Assembly: GCA_032718475.1 (NCBI GenBank)
Contig: JAUCBJ010006292.1
Span: 1-41,867 of the forward strand
Length of the DNA: 41,867 bases
From: Nemertoderma westbladi
Lineage: Eukaryota; Animalia; Xenacoelomorpha
Direction of reading: 5' to 3'
Positions 33,927 through 41,867 of the stretch are shown in pieces. The position numbers and the translations under genes are program-made. The notes beneath the pieces were generated by a model, which was not told the origin of the DNA, made no database searches, and saw nothing but the letters and a program-made list of their open reading frames with translations. Numbering within the stretch: the stretch's first letter is position 1; every line of letters begins with the position of its first letter.

Positions 33927-36900
33927 ATGCCTGAAAACGCTACCGCCGATTCAGAAGTAGAAACCTTCGCATTTCAAGCTGAAATTGCGCAGCTCCTCAG
34001 TTTAATCATCAACACATTCTACTCGAATAAGGAAATCTTTATTCGCGAACTCATTTCCAACTCATCCGATGCTCTGGATAAGATTCGCTATGAAAGTCTT
34101 ACGGATCCCACGAAACTGGACACTGGGAAAGATCTTCGCATCAAACTGATTCCGGATAAAAGCGCGAAAACGCTAACCATAGAGGACACCGGAATTGGAA
34201 TGACGAAGGCTGACCTTGTCAACAACTTGGGAACCATCGCCAAGTCCGGGACCAAAGCGTTCATGGAAGCGCTCCAGGCCGGGGCCGATATATCGATGAT
34301 CGGGCAGTTTGGCGTCGGTTTCTACTCAGCTTATCTCGTTGCTGATAAGGTTGGTCTAGTTTAATGAACTTACTGCATTGCAGCACCGTTTGACTGCTTC
34401 ACTTCACAGTACCGGTCTGCCGGTAGTTCCTAGTTATGTAGTTATAGCTATAGGCAGCTAGGCCTACCGGCGACCGGTACCGGTACTTAAAATTTGTCAA
34501 TTACAGAATTAGTAACGCCAGAACACATAGAGCCGCTCACGTATTGCCAACTGCCGTACCGCTGTACCGGTCAGCCGGTACGGTATTATGTCCCGTAATT
34601 AATATAAACCGAAACGCAGACAGCAGGACAGGCCAGTTTCCACACCCTCACCCCCCAGACTGGAATCCATAGGCCTACACTTTGCGCCGGATTAATCCGG
34701 CTCGCTTTACAATAAAAGCGCGCTCGAAAATCGTAAAGCGCGCCGGCTTTGGCGCTCCCAAAAATAAAAACCGGCGCCGATTTGTTTGTTTAACAATTAC
34801 GGAAGTGCCTTAAAAATAGCATTAGCTGTTTAAAAATTTCGGCTCGCTTCGCACGCCCCCTTTTCTCTTTTTCTATTGTATGGTTAGGTTCTTAGGTTAC
34901 TGATGTACACAAGTCCCTAAAAGGTGCCACCCTGCTCCATAGCGCGGGAAATTCAAATGATTGAAAGACATGTTATTTGTACTGGAAAGGGTGGCAGATC
35001 AGATCTGCCACCTATATATTGGCGGTAAATTCAAATCTGTTTTAACATTGAATACATTAATAGAGCAAGACCAATCTGCCAATGTAATTCATTGAATCAG
35101 AATAAATTATTTATTATCGGTTTAACTCACTCATCCGGTAATGTTGTTGATTTATCTATTGTGGGACTTCGAGCAGCACGTGAACAACTAAACCAGCACG
35201 TTAACTAGTCTGGGGCTTCGAGCAGCACGTGAACAACTAAACTGGCTGGTTAACAAGTCTGGGACTTCGAGCAGCACGTAAACAACTAAGCTGACTGTTT
35301 AACTAGTCTGGTACATGTCTGGGACAGATATAGCAGTATAGGCAGAAGCATTATACTGTTACCCTATAAGCATCAACACGTCAAAAACACGTGGATACGA
35401 CGTAATTATTTGACGTCAACGTGTTGAAAATGACGTCTTGGCCACGTGTATTTTGGAAGTGTCAAACGTACGTGTTTGAGCACGTCAACCCATGACGTGC
35501 TACAGTTTACGTCAAATGACTTGTTAGACACGTGTCAATTACGTCATCAGACGTCAAATACTACACTGGAACACCACACAAGCACGTCAAATGACGTGCT
35601 AGACACGTACTGTAACAATAACAGACGCCAAATTCAAATGACGCTTTTTCTTCATTCTCATTCTTACGCGTCGCTTTTTACATCGCTTAGATCCATGACA
35701 TTATGATTGAAATTGACGGTGTTTGTTGATACTATTAATAAAGAAAAAACATTATTATATAATGTAACCAATAATAAACCAAATACCGGTATAATATAAA
35801 TAAATATCTACATATAATAAACCTAATGGGTCAATTTGGCCATTTTCTAGTCATTGGTGGTAACTCAGAGTGCGCAATAGCACCATTCACACCCACCATA
35901 GTACCTTCCTACCCACTCACACCCACCATATTACCTTCATACCCACTCACACCCACTGCATTACCTTCCTACCCACTCACACACACCTCATTACCTTCCT
36001 ACCCACTCACACCCACCATATTACCTTCCTACCCACTCACACCCACCATATTACATTCATACCCACTCACACCCACCATATTACATTCATACCCACTCAC
36101 ACCCACCTCATTACCTCCCTACCCACTAACACCCACCACATTACCTTCCTACCCACTCACACCCACCATATTTCCTTCCTACCCACTCACACCCACCATA
36201 TTAAATTCATACCCACTCACACTCACCACATTACATACATTCCTATCCTACCCACACGCACCCACCTCATTACTTTCCTACCCACTCACACCCACCGCCT
36301 ATATAAATAACTAACTAAAATATTCCCACGAACCCACCACTAATATAAATATACTGTACTCATACTGTAGTCAGTCGGTAGTAAGTAGATGTGTCATTAA
36401 GACGTGTTCAAGACGTAATTTTAGGTAATTATTTCCAACATGAAAAGTATCACACAGATACGTGCCATCAAGACGTGTTCAAGACGTCATTTTAGGTAAT
36501 TATATCCACCATGTATAAGTCTCATACAGGAACGTGTCAACAAGAGGTGTTCAAGACGTAATTTTACGTAATTACGTCAACCATCAAAACTTTGAGTTCT
36601 TGCAACAAACATAATTGACGTAAAATGACGTCCACATACCTGTTGAGGTGTAAAAATAGACGTCAAATGCTTATAGGGTATACACCTATTGTTATTACAG
36701 TAGGCTTACCTGCGATATATTTTACTATCAGTTCCCTGCTATATTGTTATAATTATAATGTTCTGATGTAATTATAACTGATACAAGCAAATAATAAATG
36801 TTCTTTACATTTTACTGATAGAAGTTAAGCCAAATCCCCCGATCCCCCCCCCCTCCTCAATTTGCAATTTTGCTCGAAGTCCCAGACTAGTGAACAAGTC

Positions 36901-39900
36901 AGCTTAGTTGTTCACGTGCTGCTCGAAGCCCCAGACTAGTTAACGTGTTGATTTAGTTGTTCACGTGCTGCTCGAAGTCCCAGACTAGTTAACAAGTCAG
37001 CTTAGTTGTTCACGTGCTGCTCGAAGTCTCAGACTAGTTAACCAGCCAGCTTAGTTGTTCACGTGCTGCTCTATGCCCCAGACTAGTTAACGTGCTGATT
37101 TAGTTGTTCACGTGCTGCTCGAAGTCTCAGAATTGTTAACCAGTCAGATTAGTTGTTCACGTGCTGCTCGAAGTCCCAGAATTGTTAACCAGTCAGATTT
37201 GTTGTTCACGTGCTGCTCGAAGTCCCAGACTAGGTATCCAGCCAGTTTATTTGTTCACGTGCTGCTCGAAGCCCCAGACTAGTTAACGTGCTGGTTTAGT
37301 TGTTCACGTGCTGCTCGAAGTCCCAGAATAGATAAAACAACAACAATAACGGATGAGTGAGTTACCGATAAGAAATAATTTATTCTGATTCAATGAATTA
37401 CATTTCTTACAACTTACTCTATTCGCAATAATTTTTATTGTCCGTTTAAATCCTTTTTTTGTCCTTTTTTTTGATTTTTTATGTCCTCCAAAAGTCTAAT
37501 GTTAGGTTCCATGCTACCGGTTTCTCTACTGCTGTTCTCTCGGGCTATCAGTACCGGTATTAGTATATATAGCACTATTTTGCTCTATTGTATGTACAGA
37601 TGTAGGTATAAAGCAGGTATTTCTGTATTTTAGTACCGGTACCGGCACCGGTACTGCTATAGGCCTACTGTGTAGCCTACCATTTAAATATGGTAATGGT
37701 AGGCCTACCGGTTGTGCTAATAAATTTTAAATAATTGATAGGCCAAACTGGATTGTAGGATTGTGGAAAATGTGGATATACCTTTCACATAATTTAGGCC
37801 TGCTATTACTGTATTAGTTTTATCGTCTCTGTAACCTGCTCCTTTCCCTCAATTAGTTAAATGATCGTTTATTGTTTTGGTTAGAAAATCCCGCTTCTGT
37901 AACCTGCCCCTTTCCCTCAATTAGTTAAATGATCGTTTATTGTTTTGGTTAGAAAATCCCGCCTCTGTAACCTGCTCCTTTCCCTGAATTGGTAAAGTGA
38001 CCGTTTATAGTTTTGGTTAGATAGGCCCGCCTCTGTAACCTGCCCCTTTCCCTCAATTAGTTAAATGATCGTTTATTGTCTTGGTTAGAAAATCCCGCCT
38101 CTGTAACCTGCTCCTTTCCCTCAATGAGTTAAGTGATCGTTTATTGTTTTGGTTAGAAAATCCCGCCTCTGTAACCTGCTCCTTTCCCTCAATTAGTTAA
38201 GTGATCGTTTATTGTTTTAGTTAGAAAATCTCGTCTCTGTAACCTGCTCCTTTCCCTGATTTGGTAAAGTGACTGTTTATTGTTTTGGTTAGAAAACTCG
38301 GCCTTAACCTGCTCCTTTCCATCAATTGGTAATTGTTTTTGGCTATAAAATTAGTGTTTTGATACGTCATGTGGTAATCGATTATCGACAACAACCACAA
38401 ACTATTAAATATAGAGTCTTTTTACCACAGGCGCATATGGAAATCTATCTCATAGTCTATAAATCATGGAATGTTTTGGCACAGGCATAGTGAAATCTAA
38501 CTGTCTGACAGTCCAGAAATCAGCAGTCTGACAGTTTGAAGAAATACATACATAAAAAGTCATTAAAAGGACAACAAAAGTCATTATGCATAATTCGTAA
38601 AAAAAAAGGACAAAAAAAGTCAAATAAAAGGACATAAAAAATCACTGCCTACTCTATTCATGTATTCAACGTTAAAACAGATTTGAATTTACCGCCAAAA
38701 TATAGGTAGCAGATATGATCTGCCACCCTTTCCAGTACAAATTACATGTCTTTCAATCATTTGAATTTCCCGCGCTATGGAGCAGGGTGGCACCTTTTAG
38801 GGACTTGTCTGATGTACACAGGTACAGGTACAGCAGTACTGGCATTGGCAGACTGGTTTCACTCCTTCAAAGTTGAAATTGCATTGGCGTGGTGCTCTTC
38901 AAAATTATTTCAATGTGCGGTGCGCGTAAAAAATTGTATATACTGTAAATACTGTATATTTGTACAACTATATATATAGTGATAAATATATATACGACCC
39001 TGTACTGTGCTCATAATGAAAACATTCGGAATAATTTAGTTAATTGAACTAAATTAAAAATTCGAGGATTAAATTCGAATTCGAGGAAAACAATAACTGT
39101 ACATAGATTGTTCAAAGAGCAAACCATTTTCCAGTGTCGATGGTTATAAAAAGTCCAGTTAGATGATGCTCACCTGCTGATGGTATTAGAATGAACATAC
39201 CAATCATGTCACCCAAGCAAAAGCAATAATATATAGTATGATATTATAACTCACTCACTATACTGTATATACTGTATATACGCGTAAAATACTGTATTAT
39301 TATTTTTCCTTCCCCAGGTGGTAGTTTATTCGAAACACAACGACGACGAGGGCTACATCTGGGAGTCGTCGGCGGGGGGTTCCTTCACGGTCCGTTCGGC
39401 TGTCGACGACTCGTTGGCTCGCGGTACGAGGATCGTCCTCCACATGAAGGAGGACCAAACCGACTACCTAGAGGAGAAGAAGATTAAAGACATCGTGAAG
39501 AAACACAGCCAGTTTATTGGGTATCCGATTAAGCTGCTGGTTGAGAAGGAGAGAGATCGCGAGATAAGCGACGACGAAGGAGAGGAGGAGGAAGAGAAGA
39601 AGGAGGAGGCCGAGGGTTCCGATGAAGATAAACCGAAGGTTGAGGAGATCGATGAAGACGAGGAAGAGAAGAAGGTAGCGAAGAAGAAGAAGAAGACGAT
39701 CAAAGAGAAATATACTGAGGACGAGGAGTTGAATAGGACGAAACCGATCTGGACGAGGAATGCGGACGACATCACCTCCGAGGAGTACGGCGAGTTCTAC
39801 AAGAGTTTAACCAACGACTGGGAGGAACATCTGGCCGTTAAACACTTCTCGGTTGAAGGCCAACTCGAGTTTAAAGCTCTTCTGTTTGTACCGAAACGCG

Positions 39901-41063
39901 CGCCCTTCGATCTCTTCGAGAACAAAAAGACGAAGAACAACATTAAGTTGTACGTCCGTCGCGTCTTCATCATGGACAACTGCGAGGAGATCATCCCGGA
40001 TTACCTCAACTTCATCAAGGGCGTCGTCGACTCCGAGGATCTCCCGCTCAACATCAGCAGGGAGACACTCCAGCAGAATAAAATCCTAAAGGTTATCCGG
40101 AAGAACCTCGTTAAGAAATGTCTCGAGTTGATAGGCGAGATCGCCGAGGATAAAGATATGTTTAAGAAGTTCTACGAGCAGTTCTCTAAGAACATGAAGC
40201 TCGGGATACACGAGGATTCAACCAACCGGAAGAAGATTAGCGAGTTACTCCGCTACTACACGTCTACTTCCGGTGACGAGATGACGTCATTAAAGGATTA
40301 CGTCGGCCGAATGAAGGAGAACCAGACGGATATTTACTTTGTTACCGGGGAGACCAAAGAGCAGGTGGCCAACTCTGCGTTCGTCGAGCGGGTCAGGAAG
40401 CGCGGCTTCGAGGTTCTCTACCTGATAGACCCCATCGACGAATACGTCGTACAGCAGATGAAGGATTACGATGGTAAGAAGTTAGTCAGCGTCACCAAGG
40501 AAGGTCTAGAGTTACCGGAAGACGACGCCGAGAAGAAGAAGAAAGAGGAAGACAAAGCAAAGTTCGAGAGTCTCTGTAAGGTTATTAAGGACATCCTCGA
40601 TAAGAAGGTTGAGAAGGTTGTTGTTTCCAACCGTTTGGTTTCCTCCCCGTGCTGCATAGTGACCTCGCAGTACGGCTGGAGCGCCAACATGGAGAGGATC
40701 ATGAAGGCCCAAGCCCTTCGCGACTCCTCCACTATGGGCTACATGGCGGCCAAGAAACACCTCGAGATCAACCCGGACCATCCCGTAATCGATACCCTCA
40801 GGGCCAAGGTCGCCGTCGACAAGAACGATAAATCCGTTAAGGATTTGGTTCTGTTGTTGTACGAGACCGCCCTGCTGAGTTCGGGGTTCTCTCTGGAGGA
40901 TCCACAGGTTCACTCGGCTCGAATCTATCGGATGATAAAGCTCGGTCTCGGTATCGACGACGATGATTCCGCAGCCGATGTCATGGACGACGTTCCTGTT
41001 GGAGACGTTCCTCCTCTTGAAGGAGAAGATGATGATGCGTCTAAGATGGAGGAAGTTGATTAG
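33927..41063 (+). CDS. HSP90A: Cytosolic heat shock protein 90, 722 aa; join(33927..34349,39318..41063)
   Basis: [49 protein letters not shown], charged linker, [25 protein letters not shown], terminal MEEVD; phase-0 intron AAG|GTTGGT ... ttccttccccag|GTG. Confidence 0.98.
35362..36678. mobile_element. 1.3-kb CCC...GGG element with 2-bp (TA) TSD and ACGT-rich subtermini (CACTA/CMC-like non-autonomous)
   Basis: 12-bp TIR CCCTATAAGCAT / ATGCTTATAGGG flanked by TA on both sides; dense GACGTC/CACGTG motifs at both ends; superfamily assignment is inference. Confidence 0.8.
35883..36300. repeat. 30-bp minisatellite TTACCTTCCTACCCACTCACACCCACCATA (about 14 copies)
   Basis: Directly visible; almost no G on the + strand. 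Confidence 0.97.
36872..37326. repeat. 49-bp tandem repeat, 9+ copies, each with CACGTG
   Basis: GCTCGAAGTCCCAGACTAGTTAAC...TTAGTTGTTCACGTGCT, period 49. Confidence 0.95.
37827..38340. repeat. 68-bp tandem repeat, about 7.5 copies
   Basis: TCTGTAACCTGCTCCTTTCCCTCAATTAGTTAAATGATCGTTTATTGTTTTGGTTAGAAAATCCCGCC-type units starting at 37828, 37896, 37964... Confidence 0.95.
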
Positions 41064-41453
41064 CGACTTCTGGACTGGGATTGTAATTGATTAAGTTGGC
41101 AATGTTATGCCGTGTTAGTGTGCTACCCTTCTTCAACACGGTGGTTTCGTTTCAACATAATTTTGACGAGATTTTTGTTTGGAATTCTGAACCCATAAAC
41201 TCAATTTAATAGGACAATATAGTGTGAACTTTTGAACTTTGTTACTAAATGGAATTAATATCAGTATTGTGCTGTTGTGGAATAAGTAACGATTTATTTT
41301 GAGTTTTATTAACTATTCAATTTTCATATTTCTGAAACTACGTAACTATTATTATACTGAAATAATAACATTATGTCTAATGGTGTTGTAATATAACGCT
41401 ATACGGTAACTGGTTATTTAGTAAATCAAAGACAACTCTAGTTTTTCAAGATA

Positions 41454-41477
41454 GGGGGGGGGGGGGGGGGGGGGGGG
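41454..41477. repeat. G24 homopolymer
   Basis: Directly visible. Confidence 0.95.
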
Positions 41478-41605
41478 TGTTGGAAGCAAATCCAACCATC
41501 GCGTCTCAATACTGAATTACCATAAAGTAGCAATTGATAATTTTGGAATCCGTATACGCGTTTTACACCTACCCAATTACATGGGCACTTTTTATAATTA
41601 AAATT

Positions 41606-41867
41606 GAAACAGTAACTGGAATGCTGCATTATGTAATACTGAAACTGTAACTGGAATGCTACATTTTATAATACTGATATTGCAACTGTAACTGGAATGC
41701 TACATTTTGTAATACTGAAACAGTAACTGGAATGCTACAATTTGTAATACTGAAACTGTAACTGTAATGTTACATTTTGTAATACTAAAACTATAACTGG
41801 AATGCTATATTTTGGAATACTGTAACTGGAATGCTACATTTTGTAATACTGAAACTGTAACTGGAAT
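41606..41867. repeat. 35-bp minisatellite GAAACTGTAACTGGAATGCTACATTTTGTAATACT, running off the window end
   Basis: Directly visible, period 35. Confidence 0.95.

Larger units (their letters stand above)
35081..37404. mobile_element. Nested inverted-repeat element with 49-bp subterminal tandem repeats
   Basis: AATGTAATTCATTGAATCAGAATAAATTATTT... mirrored at 37321-37404; 3 x 49-bp units at 35163-35311 and 9+ inverted units at 36872-37326; TSD not identified. Confidence 0.75.
34909..38808. mobile_element. 3.9-kb long-TIR non-autonomous element (Mutator/foldback-like) in the HSP90 intron
   Basis: About 155-bp inverted repeats ACAAGTCCCTAAAAGGTGCCACCCTGCTCC...AATAGAG (34909-35065 vs about 38652-38808); exact 9-bp TSD CTGATGTAC (34900-34908, 38809-38817); no transposase ORF. 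Confidence 0.88.

Noticed and set aside
34640-34860. GC-rich patch with GCTCGCTTCGC motifs and the palindrome GCCGGATTAATCCGGC
   Set aside because: Probably a degraded DNA-transposon remnant; I could not define termini or a TSD
35826-36314. Extensin-like or His/Thr-rich ORFs (162 and 146 aa)
   Set aside because: A 30-bp minisatellite inside nested TEs within the HSP90 intron; the lack of stops follows from its composition
39464-40913. Antisense and alternate-frame ORFs overlapping HSP90
   Set aside because: Shadow ORFs of a codon-biased conserved CDS

Overview
AT-rich eukaryotic (invertebrate animal) genomic DNA, not prokaryotic. There are two spliced + strand genes. (1) A 9-exon, 395-aa four-transmembrane MS4A/CD20-like gene (607-26548), assembled by hand from GT-AG sites with fully consistent intron phases. 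It has an unusually large acidic TM3-TM4 loop carrying an RKRR site, plus a PPxY motif and a C-terminal YIV. (2) A 2-exon cytosolic HSP90 (33927-41063, 722 aa, MEEVD end) with a clear HSE-like/CCAAT/TATA/Inr promoter. The main observation is that the 21.3-kb 31/33-bp tandem array (2044-23377) is a roughly 650-fold amplification of the last 28 nt of coding exon 3 plus its own 5' splice donor (AAG|GTAAG). The first unit is coding and the rest fill intron 3 with hundreds of competing donors, each paired with an ATTAAA hexamer, all behind an in-frame stop. The rest of the window holds other minisatellites and nested non-autonomous DNA transposons, several with identifiable TIRs and TSDs, including a multi-layer nest in the HSP90 intron. 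Nearly all ORFs in the supplied track over the repeats are artefacts.
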